64,000 nt of DNA from an uncultured bacterium (GCA_963789635.1 CAWBLF010000003.1:67388-131387); one strand, 5' to 3'. Shown: positions 19,818 to 28,518, numbered from the stretch's first letter. Notes: generated by a model not told the origin, from the letters alone. Made by a program: numbers and translations.

Positions 19818-21232
19818 AGAGAAGATTTTTTAAAGTTTATTCCCAGCTCAACTTTTTGCTTTTCAGATATTTCAGCTGGCGCATTCATCATTAAATCTTT
19901 TCCATCACCCGTTTTTGCAAAAGCAATGATCTCCCTAATATTTGGCTCCTGTTCAAGGATCATCATAAGTCTGTCGAATCCCCACGCAATGCCACCATGC
20001 GGTGGAGCGCCAAGCTCCAACGCTTTCAACATATGACCAAAATTGTTTTCTATTCTTTCATTGTTATACCCCATAATCTCGAAAGTAGTTCGTAGTGCAG
20101 AAGGTTTGTGATTCCTTATACTTCCGCCGCCGATTTCGAGCCCATTCAAAGTAATATCGTATTGTGTGGTAACAATTTCTCCAATACTTTCTTTCCGCAT
20201 AAATTTCTCAAAATCATTGTCTCTTGGTTTTGAAAAAGGATTATGGGTGAATGTCCACTCGCCAGTGCCATCAACATTATCCTCTCCTGTCTTTTCAAAC
20301 ATAGGGAAATCTACAATCCAAAGAAATGCAAGAAGATTTGTGTCTGTTTTATCCTCTCTTATGTCAGGTTTATCATTCCCATATTTTTTCATTGCTTCTT
20401 TGTAGGACATTCTCGGAAACGGTATTTGTTGTATCTTTTTTTCCGGATAGTTTATTTTTACGATATCAATTAATAGTTTTTCATTTAATTGCATAATGTC
20501 ATCTTCAGTAACAAAGGACATTTCCATATCAAGCTGAGTAAACTCGGGCTGTCTATCCCCGCGAGTATCCTCATCTCTCATACAACGCGCAAACTGAAAA
20601 TATTTTTCAAAACCGCCAACCATCAAAAGTTGCTTATATTGTTGCGGAGATTGAGGAAGTGAATAAAAACTTCCTTTGTAAATTCTGCTTGGCACAACAT
20701 ATGAGCGAGATCCTTCAGGTGTTGGCGCAGACAAAAGAGGCGTTTCTATTTCTAAAAAGTCATCTTTTCCAAGATAATTTCGAATGAAATTTTGAATCTT
20801 AAATCTATTTGCAATATTTTTGTGCATTCTGTCGTTTCGTAAATCCAAATATCTATATTTGAGACGAATAGATTCATTCACCTCCCTAGTATCACCACTA
20901 ATCGGGAACGGCAAAGTTGCCGATTCATTTAAAACATTGATATGCAAAATCTCAAGTTCTATATCTCCATTTAGTATTCCTAATTTTTTATTTTTCTCGG
21001 GTCTTTCGTTTACCTTTCCAGTAACTTCAACTACAAATTCTTCTCGTAGAGTTTTACCGACTTCCATTGCATTACTGTTTGGTAATATCACACCTTGTAC
21101 AATGCCTGATGTATCACGAAAATCCAGAAAGATCATTTTCCCTTGATCACGGCGAACATTAACCCAACCATAAACAATGACGGTTTCCTGTTTTTTTCCT
21201 GACAATTCATTTATGTAAGTTCTTTTTTGCAT
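19814..21232 (-). CDS. aspS: aspartyl-tRNA synthetase, bacterial type lacking the GAD insertion domain
   Basis: OB-fold N-domain, RLKYRYLDLR, motif 1 FLEIETPLL, QSPQQYKQLLMVGG...FARCMRDEDTRGDRQPEFTQLDMEMSF, GGGSIRNH, motif 3 HGGIAWGFDRLMMIL; 472 aa with no approximately 110-aa GAD insert. Confidence 0.8.
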   Translation of the reverse strand: MQKRTYINELSGKKQETVIVYGWVNVRRDQGKMIFLDFRDTSGIVQGVILPNSNAMEVGKTLREEFVVEVTGKVNERPEKNKKLGILNGDIELEILHINVLNESATLPFPISGDTREVNESIRLKYRYLDLRNDRMHKNIANRFKIQNFIRNYLGKDDFLEIETPLLSAPTPEGSRSYVVPSRIYKGSFYSLPQSPQQYKQLLMVGGFEKYFQFARCMRDEDTRGDRQPEFTQLDMEMSFVTEDDIMQLNEKLLIDIVKINYPEKKIQQIPFPRMSYKEAMKKYGNDKPDIREDKTDTNLLAFLWIVDFPMFEKTGEDNVDGTGEWTFTHNPFSKPRDNDFEKFMRKESIGEIVTTQYDITLNGLEIGGGSIRNHKPSALRTTFEIMGYNNERIENNFGHMLKALELGAPPHGGIAWGFDRLMMILEQEPNIREIIAFAKTGDGKDLMMNAPAEISEKQKVELGINFKKSSL

Positions 21233-21237
21233 ATACT

Positions 21238-21447
21238 TTATTTCATTAAAACATCAAGCGAAACGCCAAGCGCGTCTGCAATTTTTTTGACTGTATCAAT
21301 AGTAGGGTTGGGCGTTGAGCCAGCTTCTATTTTAGCAATTGTATGAAAAGCCAAATTTGCCTTTTTTGATAAGACATCTTGAGAAATGCCGAGCTTGTTT
21401 CGGTATTTCTTTATGTTGTCCCCAATTGTGGATTTATCGTTTGACAT
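21238..21447 (-). CDS. XRE-family helix-turn-helix transcriptional regulator
   Basis: 69 aa; HTH_XRE pattern IKKYRNKLGISQDVLSKKANLAFHTIAKIEAG. Confidence 0.75.
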   Translation of the reverse strand: MSNDKSTIGDNIKKYRNKLGISQDVLSKKANLAFHTIAKIEAGSTPNPTIDTVKKIADALGVSLDVLMK

Positions 21448-21546
21448 ATTCGTATAGTTTTACTATTATAGTTAGTATGTATATAAAGTCCTAACTATAT
21501 ACGAGTTAGTATATGAAATTTTCACCATTTAGTCAAACGAAATTGT

Positions 21547-21940
21547 CCGCCCGAAATCGCCAAAAGAAAACAGCGGAGCAAATGGAAAATTCCTCCCCAA
21601 ACCCCTCCTCTTCCATTTGCGACATCCGAATTCAAAAACAAATGAGCCGAAGTTTTGGCGAAATCCTTTCCCCAAAAAATAGTTTTGCCAAAACTTCGTC
21701 CGCATTAGTCCCGCCACCTGCCCGAATACTTGGAGGGCAGAGCACCAAAGAAAAATGTCCTTTCCTTTTTAGAAGAAATTGGTCGCGCGCAAATCTGAAA
21801 AGCAAGGAACATTTTTCTTTGGTGTTCGCCGAGGCTCTGCGAGGCGGTGGCGGGGCTGATTCATTCGTTCAGTTTCCGCTCGAAAAAGGTTCGCGCAAAG
21901 TGTATGATTACAGCACAAGAAAACCCCTTTTAGGGGTTTT
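21547..21940 (+). repeat. about 400-bp inverted repeat, copy 2
   Basis: Near-identical to the reverse complement of 16667-17068; followed directly by a tRNA-Leu 3'-end copy (21944-21961). Confidence 0.7.
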
Positions 21941-21943
21941 CTT

Positions 21944-22078
21944 GTGCCGGAGAGAGGACTCGGTCACACATAAAATTCTGCTGAATTTTTGCGCGACCCC
22001 GCCTCGCACCATCGTGCTCCGGCCTTCTCGTCCTCTCACCAAAATATAAAAACCAGCAGTAAGCTGGTATTTATATTT
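21944..22078. mobile_element. about 127-bp tRNA-flank module (M2 motif) between an 18-bp direct repeat of the tRNA-Leu(CAA) 3' end
   Basis: TGCCGGAGAGAGGACTCG at 21944-21961 and 22081-22098; hairpin AAAATTC-tgctg-GAATTTT; GCGCGACCCCGCCTCGCACCATCGTGCTCCGG; imperfect inverted arm CTCGTCCTCTC; AT-rich spacer. Confidence 0.5.
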
Positions 22079-22162
22079 TGGTGCCGGAGAGAGGACTCGA
22101 ACCTCCACCCCTTGCGAGACACGATTTTGAGTCGTGCGCGTCTGCCATTCCGCCACTCCGGC
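22079..22162 (-). tRNA. tRNA-Leu (anticodon CAA), CCA encoded
   Basis: Reverse complement gives GCCGGAG-TG-GCGGAATGGCAGACGC-G-CACGA-CTCAAAA-TCGTG, variable arm TCTCGCAAGGGGT, GGAGG-TTCGAGT-CCTCT-CTCCGGC-A-CCA. Confidence 0.8.
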
Positions 22163-22298
22163 ATTACTACTACTGACAACATACAACTTACAACAAATAA
22201 AATGATGAAACAAGAAGATAATCTTGTGGTGTTACCCAATTTAAATTTTGGCTAAAATTTGTTTGGGATGATTGCTTATTGTATGTTAAAATCAACGT

Positions 22299-23297
22299 AT
22301 GAGCCAATTCTATAAAGATTCTATTTTTTGGATTGAACTGGATAAAATAGAACCCAATCCATTTCAACCTCGTCGGGAATTCAGCGAGCCTGAACTGCAA
22401 AGTTTGGCGGATTCTATCCGTCAATATGGTGTGCTTCAGGCTTTGGTTGTGACCCGCAAGGAATTTCAAAAAGAAGACGGAGGAATCGGAGTGAAATATG
22501 AACTTATCGCAGGTGAACGCAGACTTCGAGCCTCGCGGGTGGCGGGACTGACACAGGTGCCGGTGCTTATTAAGACCGGTGACGACACAGACTTGATGAA
22601 GCTTGAACTTTCCATCATTGAAAATATTCAGCGTGAGGATCTGAATCCAGTGGACAGGGCGAGAGCGTTTGACAGACTTGCCAACGAATTCGGTTTTAAA
22701 CATCACATCATTGCTCAAAAAATCGGTAAAAGCAGGGAATATGTATCAAACAGCCTTCGTCTTTTGATGTTGCCGGATTTTATCTTGCAGGCCTTGAGTC
22801 AGGGTAAAATTTCCGAAGGTCATACACGACCATTGATGATGCTCCAAGACAGGACAGATGAACAAACAGTGTTGTTTAAAGAAATAATGTTTAAAAAATT
22901 GACGGTCCGTGAAGCGGAGGGGATAGCCCGTCGCATCGCCGTAGACAAAGTCCGCAAAAAAGAAAATATTATTGATCCCGAACTTATTGATTTGGAAGAA
23001 AAGTTGCGGGAAGCGCTTGGGACTCGGGTACAGATAGAAAGACGCGAGCAGGGCGGAAAAATTATGATTGATTTTTTTAACAATGACGATTTGAAAGGTC
23101 TTTTGGATATTTTTCAGACAAATGTTGTTAAAGACCCGAACGAAGCTTTGAAAAAATTTGAAACTGAACATGGGCAAGCAACAGGAAATATAGCGCAATC
23201 GGGAGAAAGTATCACAGATGAAATGCCGATTGATGATCGTTCTCAAGCGGAAAAGAATGATGATCAAATGTACTCGGTCAGCAATTTTTCGATTTAA
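22299..23297 (+). CDS. parB: chromosome partitioning protein ParB/Spo0J
   Basis: ParB N-domain GERRLRAS, HTH, C-terminal dimerisation region; 332 aa. Confidence 0.8.
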   Translation: MSQFYKDSIFWIELDKIEPNPFQPRREFSEPELQSLADSIRQYGVLQALVVTRKEFQKEDGGIGVKYELIAGERRLRASRVAGLTQVPVLIKTGDDTDLMKLELSIIENIQREDLNPVDRARAFDRLANEFGFKHHIIAQKIGKSREYVSNSLRLLMLPDFILQALSQGKISEGHTRPLMMLQDRTDEQTVLFKEIMFKKLTVREAEGIARRIAVDKVRKKENIIDPELIDLEEKLREALGTRVQIERREQGGKIMIDFFNNDDLKGLLDIFQTNVVKDPNEALKKFETEHGQATGNIAQSGESITDEMPIDDRSQAEKNDDQMYSVSNFSI

Positions 23298-23300
23298 GTT

Positions 23301-24830
23301 TTACCACTTTCTGCTTTTTTGCACGGCAATCCGAATATGACGTTTGGCTCCCGTGGTTTTGGCATATTCCAACCATTTTGCGGTCGGTTTGTTGTTTGGT
23401 CTTGTCACAATTTCCACCACATCTCCGCCAAGAAGCACCGTATCAAGGGATACCAACTTGCCGTTGACCTTTGCACCGGACATATGATTGCCAATGTCCG
23501 AGTGAATGGAGTAAGCGAAATCTACCGGGGTGGAATCTTTCGGTAAATCCACCACATCGCCTTCCGGAGTGAAGACAAATATTCTGTATTGAAAAAAATC
23601 GCTTCGCAAATCTTCTTTCAATTTTTCATTATCCGTGACATTTCCTTGATGTTTTACAAGATCCTTTATCCAATGCGGGATATCTTCAAATTTTGAAGAA
23701 AAAATAGGCACTGATTTCCAGTCGATTACTTCTTTGAAATTTTGTTTTGGAAGAAGTTGTCTTAACCATGAGAAATTTTCACCTTTGGCTCCCTTTTTGT
23801 TTCCTTCTTTGTATGAAATGTGGGAGGCAATGCCGTATTCCGAGTGAAGATACATTTCCTCCGTTTTTATTTGAACTTCCACTACATTGCCGTCCCCGGT
23901 AAAAACGGTGGTATGTAGCGCCTGATAGCCGTTTGGTTTTGGAAAAGCGATGTAGTCCTTGATGCGTCCGGGAAGTGGACGGTATGTGCCGTGTATAACA
24001 CCGAGAGCCTGATAACAATCTGCAATAGTTGGCACAATGACGCGTAGTGCAAGAATGTCGGTCACTTCTTCCAAGTGTCTTTTCTTTCCTTGCAATTTTT
24101 TATACAGACTAAACAATCCTTTGACCCTATACTCGGTACGAATGTATGTAACATTCTCTTTTGCCAAAGTTTTCTTGAGAGATTTTAAAAATTTTTCCAA
24201 ACTTTGCAAATTTTCTTCATGTTGGATTTTTACTTCCTTTTGAAGTTTTTCATACTCCTTCGGGTAGACGTAGGGGAAGGACAAGTCTTCAAGTTCGCGT
24301 GACAACTTTCTAATACCCAATCTGTATGCAATTGGGGCATAGATTTCCAAAGTTTCACTGGCTATGCGTTTACGTTTTTCTGCCGGAACATGAATAAGGG
24401 TGCGCATATTGTGGAGGCGGTCGGCGAGTTTGATCATCAGAACTCTGATGTCCTGGGCCATTGCCACAAATAGTTTGCGCATACTTTCGTTGTGACGGTC
24501 GGCCCCGTGATATTGGAGTTTGCCGAGTTTGGTAACCCCCTCAACCAAAAAAAGAATCTCGGAGTTGAATTCTTTCTCAATAACTTTCGGCGCAGTACCA
24601 ATGTCTTCTATAGTGTCGTGCAGTAGTCCGGCGGCAACAGTGGAAGCTCCCATGCCGTATTCGGCAAGAATTTTTGCAGTTTCGGACAAATGTGAAAAAT
24701 ATGGTTCACCGGATAGGCGAAGGTGATCTCTATGTGCTTCTTCTGCGAATGTATAGGCATGACGAACCACTTCCTTATCTTCTTCGGAGGAATTGTCCAT
24801 TGATGCGAGTATTTCCTCGATGGCGGCCAT
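23301..24830 (-). CDS. RelA/SpoT-homolog (p)ppGpp synthetase/hydrolase, short form
   Basis: HD hydrolase motif HDTIEDIG, RelA_SpoT synthetase region, TGS domain; no ACT domain. Confidence 0.85.
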   Translation of the reverse strand: MAAIEEILASMDNSSEEDKEVVRHAYTFAEEAHRDHLRLSGEPYFSHLSETAKILAEYGMGASTVAAGLLHDTIEDIGTAPKVIEKEFNSEILFLVEGVTKLGKLQYHGADRHNESMRKLFVAMAQDIRVLMIKLADRLHNMRTLIHVPAEKRKRIASETLEIYAPIAYRLGIRKLSRELEDLSFPYVYPKEYEKLQKEVKIQHEENLQSLEKFLKSLKKTLAKENVTYIRTEYRVKGLFSLYKKLQGKKRHLEEVTDILALRVIVPTIADCYQALGVIHGTYRPLPGRIKDYIAFPKPNGYQALHTTVFTGDGNVVEVQIKTEEMYLHSEYGIASHISYKEGNKKGAKGENFSWLRQLLPKQNFKEVIDWKSVPIFSSKFEDIPHWIKDLVKHQGNVTDNEKLKEDLRSDFFQYRIFVFTPEGDVVDLPKDSTPVDFAYSIHSDIGNHMSGAKVNGKLVSLDTVLLGGDVVEIVTRPNNKPTAKWLEYAKTTGAKRHIRIAVQKSRKW

Positions 24831-24976
24831 GTGCCCATTATATTGGTAAGGAGAAAAAATAAAAGCACCGAGTCAAAACATCCTATGTCCCAACGCATTG
24901 GGACATCGGATGTCTGATTCGCCATTCCTTACGGGACTGCGAGATTACTTCGGTTTATTTAATTTATCCGGTCGAT

Positions 24977-25400
24977 GATTTGGGCACTTGTTATTACTGC
25001 AACGAACAGGGATTGTTTTTGGTCACACATAAAATTCTGATGAATTTTTGCGCGACCCAGCCTCGCGCCGTCGCGCTCCGGTTCACCAAGACCCGCGCGC
25101 AGGCAGCCCCGTTGCCTGCTTCTATTCGGACTTGTCAATTTTGTGTGGATTATGATTTTTGCAAGATTTATTTGAACAGCGCACGGGGATTGTTTTTAGT
25201 CACAAATATTTTGCTCACCGCCATTCGCAAAATTTTGCGACCCCGACTCGGCATTTTTTCTGCTGAAAAAATATGCCTCCGTCTCACAAAAACAAGTGAG
25301 TACGCAGTCTATACTGCGTACTTTCAAAACTACTTCATTAACTTATGCGGATTGTGATTTGGGCAAGCTTTATTACTGCAACGAACAGGGATTGTTTTTG
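24977..25400. mobile_element. about 334-bp insert downstream of topA bounded by 45-bp direct repeats derived from the topA 3' end; holds motif copies M3 and M5
   Basis: 24977-25021 matches 25356-25400 (about 40/45), which encodes the topA C-terminus (CSNKACPNHNPHKL); interior has GTCACACATAAAATTCTGATGAATTTTTGCGCGACCCAGCCTCGCGCC and a rearranged copy at 25215-25275. Confidence 0.5.
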
Positions 25401-27546
25401 TGCCTTCCATCATCAAGGAACCGCAAAGTTTGCAGATTTCTCCGGTCGGTTTGGCTTTGATAGCGTATCGGCATTTGGGATAGTTGGTGCAAGAATAAAA
25501 AATGCCAAAACGGCCGCGGCGTTCAATCATCTCCCCGTCACCGCATACCGAACATTTGATGCCGGTGAGAAGTTTTTTTCTGGTCTCTGGATCATCTTTA
25601 ATAAATTTACACTTTGGGTATCGGGCACAAGAAATAAACCGGCCAAATTTTCCGTCCCTCTCCACCAGATTGGCCTTGCCACATTTGGGGCAGAGTTCAC
25701 CTGTGTCTTTGGGTCCCTCCATAGCCACACCATCTATGGTGCGAGCGCCATGGCAGTCCGGAAACTTATCACAAGAAAGGAATCTGCCATTTTTGCCAAG
25801 TTTTACTATCATTCCGGAACCGCAGACAGGGCACTTCCATTTTGCGTCCGCGGAACCCATATTGGTAATCTTGGCAATTTTATCTTTGGATTTAACGTCT
25901 TTAAGAAAAGGCCCATAAAACTCTTTTAGTGTTTTGACGTAGTCGCGTTTGCCGAGAGCGATTTCATCCAATTCATTTTCCATTTCAGCGGTGAAAGTAT
26001 CGCTGATGTAATTCATAAAATTGTTTTCAAGAAAGGTGCTGACCACGTCTCCGGTGTCGGTGGGGACGAGCGCGCGATCTATTTTCATAACGTAGCCACG
26101 ATCGATAATGGTTTTGATGATGGAGGCGTACGTCGACGGTCTACCGATACCGCGTTTTTCGAGTTCTTTGACAAGACCGGCTTCTGAATAGTGCGCTGGA
26201 GGAGTAGTTTCTTTTTCTTCAGTTCGAAAATCTTTGAGTTTTAAATTTTCACCTTTTGCAATTTTTGGAAGCTCCACATCTTCTTGTCGAGCGCGGGGGT
26301 CTGCGACAAGCCAACCATCAAAGAGTATATGAGAGCCAGTTACAGAAAAATTTGGGATTATATTCGCGCTACTGCGCTCAGTATCTTCGTCGCTCCCGCT
26401 CCTCGACACATTGGCAATTATCTTGGTGCGCAAGGTATTGGCGGAAGCCATTTGAGATGCCACTGTTCGCGCCCAAATCAAGTTGTATAACTTTTTTTGT
26501 TCTTCATTGAAACCGGCGTTTTCTTTTCTCAAATCGGATGGTCGGATGGCTTCATGGGCCTCTTGGGCGTTTTTGCTTTTTCGCGAATATACTCGCGCTT
26601 CATAATATTTTTCACCAAATTTTGATTTTACAATGTTTTCAATTTGTTGTTTTGCCACGACAGACAAGTTTGTACTATCGGTACGCATATAGGTAATTAA
26701 CCCCGCCTCGTAAAGTTTTTGAGCGGTGCCCATAGTGCGTGAAGGTGAAAAACCAAGTCTAGAGCTGGCGGCTTGTTGCAGAGTGGAAGTAATGAAAGGC
26801 GGTCGAGGCTGGCGTTTGACTTCGGTCTCTTTGATATCTATTACCGACCAATCTTCTTTCTTTGCACTGTCGACGATTTTTTCTACTGTTTCATAGTTGC
26901 GAGGTTCTTCTTCACAGGTCAGTGTTATTGGTGTTTTATCTGAAGTAAGAAAATCTGCAGTCAATGTCCAAAATTTTTCCGGCACGAAGGCTCTGATTTC
27001 ACGCTCACGCTCCATCAATATGCGAAGAGCGGGGGATTGGACACGTCCCGCAGAAAGGCCATAACGCACCTTTTTCCAAATCAAACCGGATAGGTCATAA
27101 CCCACAAGGCGGTCTAGGACTCTGCGTGCTTCTTGGGCAATTTTTAGGTTATTGTCGATTCCACGGGGATGTTTTATGGCTTCCGATACTGCGTCTTTGG
27201 TAATTTCATAAAAAACAACACGTTTGGGTTTCTTCAGTCCTACGGCCTCAGAAATGTGCCAAGCGATAGCTTCACCCTCACGGTCCGGGTCGGTGGCTAG
27301 GAGGACTTCTTCGCTATTTGCGGCAAGGTGGCGAATTTCGTTTACCACTTTTTCTTTACCTTTTGAGATTTCGTAATGAGGAACAAATCCGGCTTCGATA
27401 TCAATAGCTTTTTTGTTTGATTTTGGGAGATCACGGACATGACCAACAGAAGCGACTACATCGTATTCGCCATCAAGATATTTTGAAATTGTTTTCGCTT
27501 TTGCTGGTGACTCCACAATCAAAAGCTTTTTACCTTTTGTTGCCAT
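25330..27546 (-). CDS. topA: DNA topoisomerase I with C-terminal zinc ribbons
   Basis: TOPRIM N-terminus KLLIVESPAKAKTI; topoisomerase IA core; multiple C4 zinc-ribbon repeats. Confidence 0.9.
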   Translation of the reverse strand: MATKGKKLLIVESPAKAKTISKYLDGEYDVVASVGHVRDLPKSNKKAIDIEAGFVPHYEISKGKEKVVNEIRHLAANSEEVLLATDPDREGEAIAWHISEAVGLKKPKRVVFYEITKDAVSEAIKHPRGIDNNLKIAQEARRVLDRLVGYDLSGLIWKKVRYGLSAGRVQSPALRILMEREREIRAFVPEKFWTLTADFLTSDKTPITLTCEEEPRNYETVEKIVDSAKKEDWSVIDIKETEVKRQPRPPFITSTLQQAASSRLGFSPSRTMGTAQKLYEAGLITYMRTDSTNLSVVAKQQIENIVKSKFGEKYYEARVYSRKSKNAQEAHEAIRPSDLRKENAGFNEEQKKLYNLIWARTVASQMASANTLRTKIIANVSRSGSDEDTERSSANIIPNFSVTGSHILFDGWLVADPRARQEDVELPKIAKGENLKLKDFRTEEKETTPPAHYSEAGLVKELEKRGIGRPSTYASIIKTIIDRGYVMKIDRALVPTDTGDVVSTFLENNFMNYISDTFTAEMENELDEIALGKRDYVKTLKEFYGPFLKDVKSKDKIAKITNMGSADAKWKCPVCGSGMIVKLGKNGRFLSCDKFPDCHGARTIDGVAMEGPKDTGELCPKCGKANLVERDGKFGRFISCARYPKCKFIKDDPETRKKLLTGIKCSVCGDGEMIERRGRFGIFYSCTNYPKCRYAIKAKPTGEICKLCGSLMMEGTKTIPVRCSNKACPNHNPHKLMK

Positions 27547-27660
27547 TGGTCCTCATTAGTACTACAGATATTTATTTGTTGCAAGTTTTTTGACAATTAA
27601 AATGGAAAATAAAACTTTTTATTTCATCGTAGCTTAGTATTTTGGTAAATAAAAAAATAG

Positions 27661-28518
27661 TTAATTTAATCTCATTTCGCCCATGCTTTCTGTCACCACC
27701 CCGCGGATTTCCAAGACGGCCAGTGTGGAGTTTGCAATGTGAGTAGGTAGGCCACTTTCACGGATAATTTCATCCCGAGACTTCGGTGTTTCCAGCAAGT
27801 CTAGTATTGTTTGCTCTTCCGGATTTTGCGCTTGATATATAACTTTTTCCTTTTCTTCCGGAGAAAAGCCAAGAGCCAATAAAATGTCATCAGCTTTGCG
27901 AATTGGTGTCGCCCCTAGACGAATGAGCATATGGGGTCCTTCGGATTGCTTGGAAAATATTGAGCCGGGAACGGCAAAGACATCGCGGTTGTATTCCGTG
28001 GCAAGTTTTGAAGTGATGAGTGTCCCGGATTTTTCCTCTGCCTCAATGACCAGCACAGCGTGACTCATCCCGGCCATGATGCGATTACGTTGGGGAAAGC
28101 TCCATTGGGTCGGTCGGAAGTCATCGGCAAATTCCGACAGCAAACCGCCTCCGGATTCAATAATATTTTCTGCCAGTCTCAAGTGGCTTTGGGGATACAA
28201 CACTTTTGGGTTGAGACCGGAACCAGGCACGGCAACGGTATGTATATTGTGTGCAAGCGCCGTCTTGTGGGCGATAGAATCAATACCTAGAGCCAGACCC
28301 GATACAATAGTAATGGGGTAACCGGCTAGACCGGATACCAAGGTTTCGCAAACCTCACGGCCGTATTCGGTGTGCTTGCGGGATCCCACAACACAAAGAA
28401 TTTTGTTCTCACTGGGTGGCAAAATCCCTGCAAAGCGAAGCGCATCTGGAGGGTCTGTGATTTCGGCTAATAGTGGCGGAAAGTCTTCCTGTTGTAAATC
28501 TTGAATGGAATACGGCAT
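27661..28518 (-). CDS. dprA: DNA processing protein DprA (Smf)
   Basis: DprA Rossmann-like domain (VSGLALGIDSIAHKTAL, VLVIEAEEKSGTLITS). Confidence 0.8.
   Translation of the reverse strand: MPYSIQDLQQEDFPPLLAEITDPPDALRFAGILPPSENKILCVVGSRKHTEYGREVCETLVSGLAGYPITIVSGLALGIDSIAHKTALAHNIHTVAVPGSGLNPKVLYPQSHLRLAENIIESGGGLLSEFADDFRPTQWSFPQRNRIMAGMSHAVLVIEAEEKSGTLITSKLATEYNRDVFAVPGSIFSKQSEGPHMLIRLGATPIRKADDILLALGFSPEEKEKVIYQAQNPEEQTILDLLETPKSRDEIIRESGLPTHIANSTLAVLEIRGVVTESMGEMRLN

Noticed and set aside
16525-22162. Presence of an integrase, recombinase or transposase to explain island mobility
   Set aside because: I scanned all ORFs in and around the islet. None has tyrosine or serine recombinase, DDE or HUH motifs, so the mechanism remains unresolved and the island may be a decayed remnant.
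22188-22718. 176-aa ORF on minus strand
   Set aside because: It is antisense to parB and runs into tRNA-Leu(CAA). It has no domain signal, whereas parB is well supported.
24977-25400. Possible CRISPR array, given similar 45-nt repeats with intervening sequence
   Set aside because: There are only two copies. The repeat is a duplicated topA C-terminal coding segment rather than a CRISPR repeat. There are no cas genes or regular spacing.
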